From assembly GCA_046153645.1 (NCBI GenBank), contig JBJXGI010000060.1, positions 1 through 45,561 on the forward strand: a stretch of 45,561 bases of DNA, read 5' to 3'. The stretch is from Elusimicrobiota bacterium. Lineage in GTDB: Bacteria; Elusimicrobiota; Elusimicrobia; F11. This document shows positions 1 through 8,761 of the stretch, one piece after another; the stretch's first letter is position 1; the number at the start of each line of letters is the position of its first letter. A program made the translations under genes and the position numbers. Under the pieces are notes generated by a model, which ran no database searches, was not told the origin of the DNA, and worked only from the letters and a program-made list of their open reading frames with translations.

Positions 1-111
1 CCATGCTTTATCTCCGACAGGCCTCACAACAGTTCCTAGGATTTTCTTACCATCGTCGCGATCCATACGTCGGTGAACTTGTGCTCCCTTCTGGATGCCC
101 TTTCTAGCCAT
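1..111 (-). CDS. Partial ORF in the foreign segment (MARKGIQKGAQVHRRMDRDDGKKILGTVVRPVGDKAW..., runs off the left edge)
   Basis: ATG at 111, open to position 1, preceded by a CAA-rich leader; no recognised family. Confidence 0.3.
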   Translation of the reverse strand, partial: MARKGIQKGAQVHRRMDRDDGKKILGTVVRPVGDKAW

Positions 112-308
112 ATTAGAACGCGGTCAATTTGTTTGTTATTTTTTTAATGTTGTTGCTGTTTGTACTGCTACTTGTTTTTTTATTGTTGTTGTTGGGTTGC
201 TTTATGCTGCTGCTGCTTCGAAACGACTTTGATAACCACTACTCTGACTGCCTGGTATTGTTGCTTGCTATCCGGTTGATTGCCAATTATACACCATACG
301 ATACAGAA

Positions 309-326
309 ATATATATATATATATAT
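309..326. repeat. (AT)9 microsatellite
   Basis: Read directly from sequence. Confidence 0.95.
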
Positions 327-346
327 GTACACACACGCACAAATCA

Positions 347-460
347 TCACCAATTGTCGACAACAATGAAAAACAGGACTGTTAAAAGAGTAACCGTTGC
401 ATATAAAAATATTGTACGAATGTTAAATATTCTTGATAAGAGAGGGTCTTTGTTTTCCAT
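347..460 (-). pseudogene. Truncated N-terminus (membrane anchor) of the next gene of the Rieske/cyt b operon, probably a cytochrome c subunit
   Basis: ATG abuts the cyt b stop; MENKDPLLSRIFNIRTIFLYATVTLLTVLFFIVVDNW* has one TM helix and ends at the compositional junction; cytochrome c identity inferred from operon position only. Confidence 0.55.
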
Positions 461-2101
461 TTAAATATTGAAATTAAGTTGTGGTATAGTAAGAATGTAT
501 TTAATATTAAATCCCAAATGGGCCGACATTTTCAGAAACACTCCAATCATCATCAAAAGTAAACTCATACATACGACATATCTAATCATACTAATGCCTT
601 TAAGATACTTTTGCGGCATAAAAACTCCAAATACTAAATAAGTGAATAGCCCAAATCCAATCCAAGCCCCTTGAACGAAAGTAAACATGGGCAACATTCC
701 AACAATGAAAGTAATTGCAAAAGAAAGAATGGTAACTTTTTTGATCGCCGATTTAATATTAATATCCATCTTCAAAAGGATCGGCAATACCATTCCCACC
801 GCAAAATAAATAAAGAGTAAGGCCCCACCAATAAGAAGAGGTAACGAATGAGTTGGAGGAGGCGGCGCTTTATGTAATAACCAATTCTCCCATGGCCAAT
901 AGAATGACCAATTGGGTCCTCTCATAAAAGTTCCCACTACAATAAGCATAAACCAAGCAAAAACGCCAAAAAGAAAAACGGCATTGGCAAAAGGTCTTTC
1001 TTTGAAAGAATAAAAACCAACCCCTAAATTTGGATTGGGATCAAGATAGGGAATAGCAATGAGACCGCCAGCAATAACTCCAGGCAAAACAACTCCGGCT
1101 AACCATGGATCAAAATAAACAAGTAGTTCTTGCAAACCTAAAAAGTACCAAGGTGCTTTTGAAGGATTTGGGGTGACATTGGGATCAGCAATTGTTTCTA
1201 GCGGAGCATTAATCAAAATAGACCAAGCTATAAGGAAAATAAGCATTAATATAGCGCCTATGTATTCCCGGACAACCAAATTAGGCCAAGTTTCAACTTT
1301 ATGATTTGGTTGATCACCTGGAAGCGGCGCAGCAGAAAAACCATCTTTACGCACTCGCCAAAAATGGACAATTAAAAGAACACCAGTAATGAAAGGAACA
1401 GCAATACAATGCAGAACGTAAAAGCGAACCAAAGTGGCCGAACCAACAGCAGTACCACCTAAAAGCCCAAAACGAGCATCATTTTTGAGACCAACCCCTA
1501 ACAAACTCGAGAAAGGTCCTTCTGCTCCCATTAATGGGGTAGAACTGGCCATGTTTGTTCCAACCGTAACAGCCCAAATAGCCAATTGATCCCATGGCAA
1601 AAGATAACCAGTAAAAGATAAAAATAAAGTTAAAATCAGCAGAACAACGCCAACACCCCAATTAAATTCTCGCGGAGTTTTGTAGGCCCCCGTTAAAAAC
1701 ACACGCACCATATGCAGAATAACAAAGAGCACCATCGTATGAGCCGCCCAACGATGCATATTGCGCATAAAAGTACCAAAAGAAACAACAAACTCAAGAT
1801 CCTTCATATCCTGAAAAGCTAAATCAGGAGAAGGACGGTAATAAAACATCAAAATAATTCCAGTGACAGTCAAAACAAGGAAAAGTAAAAAAGATAAACC
1901 ACCCAATCCCCATGTGTAAGTAAACCGAGTGGAACGCGGACGAACTCGAGCAGGGTGTAAGTGGAGCCAAACATTTCCAAGAATATGCTGCGCGCGATCT
2001 CGAGAGGTATCTTTCCATGTTCCGCCGCGAAACATAGATCGCCAAACCTGACTATTAATAATTTCTTCTTTTATTTTTTTGATATCAATTTTGGGAATCA
2101 T
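461..2101 (-). CDS. Cytochrome b of a Rieske/cytb complex (b6-like domain fused to subunit IV-like domain, extra C-terminal TM helices)
   Basis: Heme-ligand His motifs [31 protein letters not shown]; Qo-site variant APWY; start reassigned to ATG 2101 (MIPKID). Confidence 0.93.
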   Translation of the reverse strand: MIPKIDIKKIKEEIINSQVWRSMFRGGTWKDTSRDRAQHILGNVWLHLHPARVRPRSTRFTYTWGLGGLSFLLFLVLTVTGIILMFYYRPSPDLAFQDMKDLEFVVSFGTFMRNMHRWAAHTMVLFVILHMVRVFLTGAYKTPREFNWGVGVVLLILTLFLSFTGYLLPWDQLAIWAVTVGTNMASSTPLMGAEGPFSSLLGVGLKNDARFGLLGGTAVGSATLVRFYVLHCIAVPFITGVLLIVHFWRVRKDGFSAAPLPGDQPNHKVETWPNLVVREYIGAILMLIFLIAWSILINAPLETIADPNVTPNPSKAPWYFLGLQELLVYFDPWLAGVVLPGVIAGGLIAIPYLDPNPNLGVGFYSFKERPFANAVFLFGVFAWFMLIVVGTFMRGPNWSFYWPWENWLLHKAPPPPTHSLPLLIGGALLFIYFAVGMVLPILLKMDINIKSAIKKVTILSFAITFIVGMLPMFTFVQGAWIGFGLFTYLVFGVFMPQKYLKGISMIRYVVCMSLLLMMIGVFLKMSAHLGFNIKYILTIPQLNFNI

Positions 2102-2105
2102 AAAT

Positions 2106-2618
2106 TTAAGCCACAATAAAATAAGGTACTTTTTCTCTAAAACCAGGTCGATTTTCCATTTGTCCTTTATCAACAACAAGATCACCTTGCACTGTTTGAG
2201 TTACCATAACTCGCCATAAAGGTTTGGGAGCTGGGCCAGCAATAACATCTCCCTGTGCAGAAAAATTGGACCCATGACAAGGGCATCGAAAACGAGATTC
2301 GGCAGGAAACCAATTGGGAGTACAACCAAGATGGGTACACCTTGCCCACATAGCAAACAGGCCCAACTCTCCCCTTACAATCCAAACACGATTGGCTTTA
2401 TCAATAGTTACACCCATCGGGTAGTCGAGCACTTTACCTGCTTTGAACTTTTGAGAAGGCTCATATAAAACATTTGGAAGGAAAAAACGAAGGAAACTAC
2501 CGACTGATGAGGCAATAAAAACAAGAAAAGCCGACCATCCCCAAAAAAGGAACGATCGGCGACTTAACTCAGGATCTTTAATTAATTGTGTTTCTGGTGT
2601 TTCTATTGTGTCTGACAT
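2106..2618 (-). CDS. Rieske 2Fe-2S subunit of Rieske/cytb complex
   Basis: Tat motif SRRSFL plus TM; CTHLGC and CPCHGS boxes; GPAPKPL. Confidence 0.95.
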   Translation of the reverse strand: MSDTIETPETQLIKDPELSRRSFLFWGWSAFLVFIASSVGSFLRFFLPNVLYEPSQKFKAGKVLDYPMGVTIDKANRVWIVRGELGLFAMWARCTHLGCTPNWFPAESRFRCPCHGSNFSAQGDVIAGPAPKPLWRVMVTQTVQGDLVVDKGQMENRPGFREKVPYFIVA

Positions 2619-2625
2619 TTAAAAT

Positions 2626-3315
2626 CTATGCAATTACACTATGCGTAAGTTTTACTCCAGCTCCCATAGTTGAAGTAAGGGTAACAGAGCGAATGTAAGC
2701 TCCCTTAGCAGTGGCCGGCTTGGCGGCCAAAATTGCCCCTAAAACGGTCTCAACATTTTCCGCAATATCTTGTGGTTTAAATGATGCCTTTCCAACTGAA
2801 GCATGAAGGTTAGCCGAATCATCCATTTTAAATTCAACTCTACCAGCTTTTAGTTCTTTCACGGCTCGTCCTACATCAAGGGTCACCGTTCCAGATTTTG
2901 GATTTGGCATTAACCCTTTGGGGCCAAGAACCTTACCAAGCTTGGTTAAATCTTTCATAACATCTGGAGTGGCAACGAGAACATCAAAATCCAACCAACC
3001 CTTTGAAATCTTTTCAATTAAATCAGCATCACCAGCAAAATCAGCACCTGCATTTAAGGCATCTTTTAATTTTTCGCCCTTAGCAATAACAGCAACAACT
3101 TTTTTCTTTCCTAATCCTTTGGGTAAAACTGCTGTTCCACGAACGGCTTGATCTGTTTTCTTCGCATCAACACCCAAATTAACATGCAATTCAACGGTTT
3201 CATCAAATTTGGCAATGGCATTCTTTTTTACAATTTCGGCGGCCTGGATCACATTATATTTTTTCGTCGCGTCAAAACTTGCTTCTATAGCTGTTTGTCT
3301 TTTTGATTTCTTCAT
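2626..3315 (-). CDS. rplA: 50S ribosomal protein L1
   Basis: KFDETVE, LGKVLGPKGLMPNPKSGTVT, STMG. Confidence 0.98.
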   Translation of the reverse strand: MKKSKRQTAIEASFDATKKYNVIQAAEIVKKNAIAKFDETVELHVNLGVDAKKTDQAVRGTAVLPKGLGKKKVVAVIAKGEKLKDALNAGADFAGDADLIEKISKGWLDFDVLVATPDVMKDLTKLGKVLGPKGLMPNPKSGTVTLDVGRAVKELKAGRVEFKMDDSANLHASVGKASFKPQDIAENVETVLGAILAAKPATAKGAYIRSVTLTSTMGAGVKLTHSVIA

Positions 3316-3316
3316 T

Positions 3317-3742
3317 TTACTTTACCTCAATACCCATAGAACGAGCGGTACCAACCACCATTCTTTTGGCTGATTCAAGATCTCTTGTATTAAGATCTGG
3401 CATTTTTTGTTTTGCAATATCTTCTAATTGGGCTTTTGTAATTATTCCTACTTTATCTTTATTAGGAACAGATGATGCTTTAGCTACTCCAGCCGCTTTT
3501 TTTATCAAAGCTGATACTGGAGGCATTTTTGTAATAAAAGTGAACGATCTATCAGTATAAATTGTAATAACCGCAGGAATAATCATACCCGCTTCAAACT
3601 TTTTAGTTTTTTCATTAAACTGTTTACAGAAATCCATAATCTGCACACCATGCTGACCCAAGGCAGGACCTACGGGAGGGGCTGGGTTTGCTCCAGCAGC
3701 AGGGATTTGAAGTTTTACCAATGCTTTAATTTGCTTTGCCAT
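3317..3742 (-). CDS. rplK: 50S ribosomal protein L11
   Basis: [23 protein letters not shown]. Confidence 0.98.
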   Translation of the reverse strand: MAKQIKALVKLQIPAAGANPAPPVGPALGQHGVQIMDFCKQFNEKTKKFEAGMIIPAVITIYTDRSFTFITKMPPVSALIKKAAGVAKASSVPNKDKVGIITKAQLEDIAKQKMPDLNTRDLESAKRMVVGTARSMGIEVK

Positions 3743-3755
3743 ACCAATTAATACC

Positions 3756-4298
3756 TTAAACCTTTTCTACTTGTAAATAATCAAGCTCAACTGGAGTTGC
3801 CCGTCCAAAAATACTCACGGTAACTTTAAGTTTTGCTCGATCTTCGTTAACTTCTTCGACTGTTCCAACAAAATGTCTAAATGGACCTTCGTTAATACGG
3901 ACGCTTTCACCTCTATCAAAAACAACAGCAGGACGAGGCTTATTCATTTTCTGCGTCGCATTTAATTCCATCATCCGTTCAACATCTCCTTGAGTTAAAG
4001 GAATGGGTTTTGCTCCCCCTAAAAATCCAGTAACACCAGGTGTATTTCTAATTAAAAAACATGTCTCATTATCCGCATTCATATGAACCAAAATATAACC
4101 AGGAAAAAATTTTCTCTTTCTAATCTGTTTTTTATTTTTCTTAAGTTCTATCACTTCTTCAGTGGGTATAACAATTTCACTGATTTTCGGACCAACACCT
4201 TTAATAGCTGCAGATTTCTCAATAGTAGAGCGAACCTTATCTTCATGGCCAGAATAAGTGTGTACGAGGTACCAACGATTTTCGGTTTCTTGTGTCAT
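3756..4298 (-). CDS. nusG: Transcription termination/antitermination factor NusG
   Basis: [34 protein letters not shown]. Confidence 0.98.
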   Translation of the reverse strand: MTQETENRWYLVHTYSGHEDKVRSTIEKSAAIKGVGPKISEIVIPTEEVIELKKNKKQIRKRKFFPGYILVHMNADNETCFLIRNTPGVTGFLGGAKPIPLTQGDVERMMELNATQKMNKPRPAVVFDRGESVRINEGPFRHFVGTVEEVNEDRAKLKVTVSIFGRATPVELDYLQVEKV

Positions 4299-4303
4299 AT
4301 ATC

Positions 4304-4483
4304 CTATAAAATAAAACTAAATATAAATTTCAATAAATGGTCGATGAAAAAGATATAAACAGACATCAATATGACCATAATGATGACGAGTAAAGTAGAT
4401 CCAACCATCTGGGGAACTGGAAGCCAGGACACCTGTCGAAGTTCAGACCATGAATCTTTTATAAATTGCGTTATCTTTTCCAT
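4304..4483 (-). CDS. secE: Preprotein translocase subunit SecE (59 aa, not in ORF track)
   Basis: Hand translation MEKITQFIKDSWSELRQVSWLPVPQMVGSTLLVIIMV...; ELRQVSW motif, one TM, canonical position before nusG. Confidence 0.93.
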   Translation of the reverse strand: MEKITQFIKDSWSELRQVSWLPVPQMVGSTLLVIIMVILMSVYIFFIDHLLKFIFSFIL

Positions 4484-4505
4484 TTAGAGCCAATTAATTT
4501 AAACA

Positions 4506-4576
4506 CGGGAGTGGTAGGACTTGAACCTACAGTCCCGGTTTTGGAGACCGGTGGTTTGCCATTAACCGACACTCCC
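4506..4576 (-). tRNA. tRNA-Trp(CCA)
   Basis: GGGAGTG/CACTCCC acceptor stem, CCGGT-CTCCAAA-ACCGG anticodon arm, GTAGG-TTCAAGT-CCTAC T arm; canonical position before secE. Confidence 0.95.
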
Positions 4577-4581
4577 AACTA

Positions 4582-4746
4582 CTATAATTTCACTTCTCGG
4601 TGAATGGTGTGTCGTCTCAGCTTAGGAGAAAACTTCTTTGCTTCAATTTTAGTACGGTCACCTTTTTTCTTACCACGTTCATAGTAGTAATTAATAATTC
4701 CCGTTTCTGTACATTTTAATCCAACAACGTTTCTACCTGTAGCCAT
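4582..4746 (-). CDS. rpmG: 50S ribosomal protein L33 (54 aa, not in ORF track)
   Basis: Hand translation MATGRNVVGLKCTETGIINYYYERGKKKGDRTKIEAKKFSPKLRRHTIHREVKL. Confidence 0.93.
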   Translation of the reverse strand: MATGRNVVGLKCTETGIINYYYERGKKKGDRTKIEAKKFSPKLRRHTIHREVKL

Positions 4747-4777
4747 GACGACAACACCTCACACCATTTAATGAATC

Positions 4778-5974
4778 TTATTTAAGAATTTCGATTACGA
4801 CGCCTGCACCAACAGTGTGCCCACCTTCACGAATAGCAAACCGAACTCCTTTTTCTAGCGCAACAGGAGTTAAGAGATCAACTTCGATGGTCACATTATC
4901 ACCGGGCATAATCATTTCAGTTCCCGCAGGAAGCTGAATGGTTCCGGTCACATCAGTGGTACGAACATAGAATTGGGGTCTATAGTTATTAAAGAATGGG
5001 GTATGACGTCCACCTTCTTCTTTACTCAAAATATAAACTTCACCTTTGAATTTAATATGTGGCGTAATACTTCCAGGAGCAGACAATACTTGACCTCTTT
5101 CTACTTGGTCTTTTTCAACGCTTCGCAGAAGAATTCCGACATTATCACCGGCCACAGTTTCATCCATAACCTTTCGGAACATTTCAATTCCAGTAGCAAC
5201 GGATTTACGAGTATCTTGAATACCAACAATTTCGACGTTATCGCCGACTTTTAATCTTCCACGTTCCACGCGGCCAGTAGCCACTGTTCCGCGACCAGTA
5301 ATAGAGAACACATCTTCAATAGACATTAAGAAAGGTTTATCGGTCTCTCTCACTGGCTCGGGGAATGATGTGTCTAAAGCCTCAAGAAGCTTTAAAATAG
5401 AAGGCTCACCGAGTTCACTGGTGTCCCCTTGAAGAGCTTTAAGAGCACTTCCTTTAATAATTGGAATTTTGTCACCAGGGAAATCATATTTTGTAAGAAG
5501 TTCTCTGATTTCAAGCTCAACAAGATTTAAAAGTTCTGGATCATCAACAAGGTCGCATTTATTCAAGAAAACAACCAAGTTTGGAACGTTCACTTGACGA
5601 GCAAGAAGGATATGTTCACGTGTCTGGGGCATGGGTCCATCTGCGGCTGAAACAACTAGAATACCACCATCCATTTGCGCTGCACCAGTAATCATGTTTT
5701 TGATGTAGTCAGCGTGACCTGGACAATCAATGTGAGCATAATGTCTTTTATCAGATTCGTATTCAACGTGAGAAACAGCGATTGTCACGATTTTACTATC
5801 GTCACGAACCGTTCCACCTTTCGCAATGTCCGCATAGGATTTGGCAACAGCTTTCCCATGCTTTTCAAGAACCTTGGTTAAGGCTGCTGTGAGGGACGTT
5901 TTTCCATGGTCAACGTGACCAATTGTACCGACATTCATGTGCGGCTTTGTTCTTTCAAACTTCGGTTTAGACAT
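4778..5974 (-). CDS. tuf: Elongation factor Tu
   Basis: [33 protein letters not shown]. Confidence 0.99.
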   Translation of the reverse strand: MSKPKFERTKPHMNVGTIGHVDHGKTSLTAALTKVLEKHGKAVAKSYADIAKGGTVRDDSKIVTIAVSHVEYESDKRHYAHIDCPGHADYIKNMITGAAQMDGGILVVSAADGPMPQTREHILLARQVNVPNLVVFLNKCDLVDDPELLNLVELEIRELLTKYDFPGDKIPIIKGSALKALQGDTSELGEPSILKLLEALDTSFPEPVRETDKPFLMSIEDVFSITGRGTVATGRVERGRLKVGDNVEIVGIQDTRKSVATGIEMFRKVMDETVAGDNVGILLRSVEKDQVERGQVLSAPGSITPHIKFKGEVYILSKEEGGRHTPFFNNYRPQFYVRTTDVTGTIQLPAGTEMIMPGDNVTIEVDLLTPVALEKGVRFAIREGGHTVGAGVVIEILK

Positions 5975-6028
5975 TGCTTCTGCCTCCTTAGGACTTTGTG
6001 TGAATATTTAAAAATTGGATTTTAAGTT

Positions 6029-6101
6029 AGCTGGGGAGCAGGATCGAACTGCCGACCTCATCCTTACCAAGGATGTGCTCTACCAACTGAGCTACCCCAG
6101 C
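6029..6101 (-). tRNA. tRNA-Thr(GGT)
   Basis: GCTGGGGTAGCTCAGTTGGTAGAGCACATCCTTGGTAAGGATG...GTTCGATCCTGCTCCCCAGCT cloverleaf. Confidence 0.97.
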
Positions 6102-6102
6102 A

Positions 6103-6173
6103 AGCGGGTGAAGGGAATCGAACCCTCGTCTCAAGCTTGGAAGGCTCGCATTCTACCATTGAACCACACCCGC
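6103..6173 (-). tRNA. tRNA-Gly(TCC)
   Basis: GCGGGTGTGGTTCAATGGTAGAATGCGAGCCTTCCAAGCTTG...GTTCGATTCCCTTCACCCGCT cloverleaf. Confidence 0.97.
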
Positions 6174-6336
6174 AAAAAACGCTCCCAACATACCCCCTAG
6201 AAAATAAAACTCGCCGATCCGCTTATTTTGGTTAGCCTTAACAACTAAAATCAAGCACTTGAAAAAACTTAAGCTAACCTTTCTGTTGATAAAAAATAAA
6301 GCAGATCAACGAGCATAGATGCTGGGGTCGGCGCAA

Positions 6337-6365
6337 TTTATAACAAAAGGCCAAAGGAGAGTCAA
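6337..6365 (-). promoter_or_regulatory. Sigma70 promoter of the tRNA-tuf-rpl operon
   Basis: TTGACT-17 bp-TATAAA with extended -10 TG, followed by GC-rich discriminator GCGCCG. Confidence 0.7.
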
Positions 6366-6382
6366 CAACCCTTTAGAAAATT

Positions 6383-7408
6383 TTAATTATCGGTCCCGGT
6401 TTTTTTATAGATATTTAAAACAGATCCAGAGAGCGGCGGTTTTTTATCGGACTCAAGACGCTCTGTTGTTCGTCGATCTTGAAAAACAATACTTCCACCG
6501 TTTCTCTCGATAGTATGCTTAACGTAACTTTTCATCTCGGTCAGTTGCTGAATAAGAACAGGGTATTGAGTGGTCTCAATATTCTTGTCAGTGAGGAATA
6601 CAATTGAAGCAGAAACAAATTTAAATTTTTTGACATTTCCTTGGCGGTCTTTTGCTGTAATACACCCCGCTTTTAAATCTGCCTCTGAATAATAAGCCAT
6701 TATTCTTTCGTCAAAACGTTTAGCAATCCAATTAAAAACTGTTTCAGCTTTATCAGGAGTTGTCATTGAAACAAAATCGTCTCCTCCAATATGCCCGATG
6801 AAATCAGATTGATTTCCCCATCTTTTGATGCTTTGAACCAATAAATCAGCTAGAAGTCGAATAACTTTGTCTCCCTGTTTAACGCCATAAACGTCGTTAT
6901 AGGCTTTAAAATTATCCAAATCAATATAAGCAAATGACATGGGGTTTCCAGAGGCTAATCTCCGACGAGCTTCATCTTCAATTGCCAAGTTTCCAGGAAG
7001 TCCCGTTAGCGGATTATGCCCCATGTCTACTTTTTTACGTTGCAGCATTCTTTTTACACGAGCCATTAATTCCTGAGCGTCAAAAGGTTTGGTGAGAAAG
7101 TCATCAGCACCAACCTCAATAGACCGAATTCGATCCTGAGCATCCTTCCACCTTCCACTGACCATAACAATGGGAATGGCTCTCGTATGAGGGTCTTGGC
7201 GTAATTGTTCACATATTCTAAACCCATTTACACCAGGGAGTTTTAAATCTAGCACGAGCGCATCAGGAAGCATTTCTCTTACTTTATCAACGGCTAATCT
7301 CCCATCTTTTATCCATTCAACTTGATACCCAGCCAAAGTAAAAGTTAATTGAACATAAGAAGCGACTTGTTCATCATCATCAATAATTAAAATTTTTTCA
7401 CCAGCCAT
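6383..7408 (-). CDS. Response regulator with diguanylate cyclase (GGDEF-family) output domain
   Basis: REC: IIDDD, phospho-Asp in LVLDLKLP, KPF; cyclase: NPLTGLPGN, DLDNFKAYND, GGDDF. Confidence 0.92.
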   Translation of the reverse strand: MAGEKILIIDDDEQVASYVQLTFTLAGYQVEWIKDGRLAVDKVREMLPDALVLDLKLPGVNGFRICEQLRQDPHTRAIPIVMVSGRWKDAQDRIRSIEVGADDFLTKPFDAQELMARVKRMLQRKKVDMGHNPLTGLPGNLAIEDEARRRLASGNPMSFAYIDLDNFKAYNDVYGVKQGDKVIRLLADLLVQSIKRWGNQSDFIGHIGGDDFVSMTTPDKAETVFNWIAKRFDERIMAYYSEADLKAGCITAKDRQGNVKKFKFVSASIVFLTDKNIETTQYPVLIQQLTEMKSYVKHTIERNGGSIVFQDRRTTERLESDKKPPLSGSVLNIYKKTGTDN

Positions 7409-7423
7409 AGATCCTCCTAAAAC

Positions 7424-8107
7424 TTAAGCTTCTTTATTATCTTTCTTTAAAATAATAATTTCGATTCTTCGATTCGTCGCTCTGTTAATAGCAGAATCGT
7501 TTGGAACGATTGGATAATTTTCACCCATTCCCCAGGCAGATAATCTTTCATGAGGAATTCCACTTTTCGTTAATGCCTCCACAACTGAAAATGATCTTGC
7601 CGCCGACAATTCCCAATTAGAACCAAATCTTCCTCCTACAACAGGAATGTTATCCGTATGCCCTTGAACAACAACGTCACCTTCAACAAGTTTAATGAGA
7701 TTGGACAATTGCTCAAGTGCTGAAAATGCCTCCGGATCAAGAATGGCTTTGCCGCTCCCAAATAAAATTTTCTCATTTAATTGAACAACAACCTTCTCAG
7801 ATTCATTTTTAATTTGAAGTTCATTCCCAAAATTACTTTTCATTTTTTCTATATCTTCTGAAAACTGAGAGTAAGAAATATTTTCTTTTTTCAATTTATC
7901 TAAATTACTTTTAACAAGATAACTATAACCATATAAAACCAAGAAAAATATCATAAGGATGGTCATAAAGTCTGAATACGAAACAAGCCATAGGTTTTCC
8001 GATGAATAAAGACTCGTTCTTTTTGAACCGCCCAAAAAACCTAAAAAATCTTTTTTCCGAGAAAGCTCAGATTCAGCTGAAATATTACTTTCTTCACTTT
8101 CGAACAT
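7424..8107 (-). CDS. motB: MotB-family stator subunit with OmpA-like peptidoglycan-binding domain (copy 2)
   Basis: WLVSYSDFMT TM with conserved Asp; GHTDN, NWELSAARS, NRRIEI; start reassigned to ATG 8107. Confidence 0.9.
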   Translation of the reverse strand: MFESEESNISAESELSRKKDFLGFLGGSKRTSLYSSENLWLVSYSDFMTILMIFFLVLYGYSYLVKSNLDKLKKENISYSQFSEDIEKMKSNFGNELQIKNESEKVVVQLNEKILFGSGKAILDPEAFSALEQLSNLIKLVEGDVVVQGHTDNIPVVGGRFGSNWELSAARSFSVVEALTKSGIPHERLSAWGMGENYPIVPNDSAINRATNRRIEIIILKKDNKEA

Positions 8108-8759
8108 AGGGAAATTCCTTATATAAAACAATTTCAACCCTTCTATTCATCCGTCGACCAAGGTTCGTTTGATTGGATGCCCTGGGTTTATAAGGCCCGT
8201 AAGCTGCAGCCGCGATCTGCTCGGAGGGGATACCTAATTCAATGAGTTTATTAACGACAGATAAGGCACGACTCATAGAAAGCTCCCAGTTATCCTTATA
8301 ATTAATACTCCGAATGGGAACTGAATCACTATGGCCCTCGACAATAATAATTTGTTTGGATTTAACTAATGATTGCGCGATAACAGAAAATATTTCATTT
8401 GAAGATGCCTTTAATTCTGATTGAGCCGAATCAAATAAAACCTTCTCTCCAAATTCGATTCTTACATCGCCCAAACTTTGATTGACCATAACCCCTTTTT
8501 GACCACTCATATTGTTTTTTAAATCTGACGCGATATTTCCTAACAAATTAGATTTAAATTCAATGGTACTCGCAGGTTTAAACTGTTCTGCTTTAAAATT
8601 TTTTATTGCCTGAGCCAAAGCCTCATCACCAGCCACTGTAAGCCCATATAAAGAGAGAAAAACCAAAACAAGGTTCGTCATTAAATCAGCATAAATTGTT
8701 AACCAAATCCCCTCAGTGCGAGTATCTTTGACGGGAGGACGATAAAATCGGTGAAGCAT
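8094..8759 (-). CDS. motB: MotB-family stator subunit with OmpA-like domain (copy 1)
   Basis: WLTIYADLMT TM with conserved Asp; GHSDS, NWELSMSRA, NRRVEI. Confidence 0.9.
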   Translation of the reverse strand: MLHRFYRPPVKDTRTEGIWLTIYADLMTNLVLVFLSLYGLTVAGDEALAQAIKNFKAEQFKPASTIEFKSNLLGNIASDLKNNMSGQKGVMVNQSLGDVRIEFGEKVLFDSAQSELKASSNEIFSVIAQSLVKSKQIIIVEGHSDSVPIRSINYKDNWELSMSRALSVVNKLIELGIPSEQIAAAAYGPYKPRASNQTNLGRRMNRRVEIVLYKEFPYVRK

Positions 8760-8761
8760 TT

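Larger units (their letters stand above)
1..346. other. Probable foreign (eukaryote-like) DNA joined to the bacterial sequence; likely assembly or amplification chimera
   Basis: (AT)9 microsatellite at 309-326, ACACAC and (TTG)n/(CTG)n runs, no bacterial gene density; begins where the gene downstream of cytochrome b stops after 37 codons. Confidence 0.7.

Noticed and set aside
129..464. 111-aa hydrophobic plus-strand ORF
   Set aside because: Translation of low-complexity TTG/CTG/AT repeats spanning the probable chimeric junction; antisense to the truncated operon gene
6015..6200. 61-aa plus-strand ORF
   Set aside because: Antisense to tRNA-Thr and tRNA-Gly
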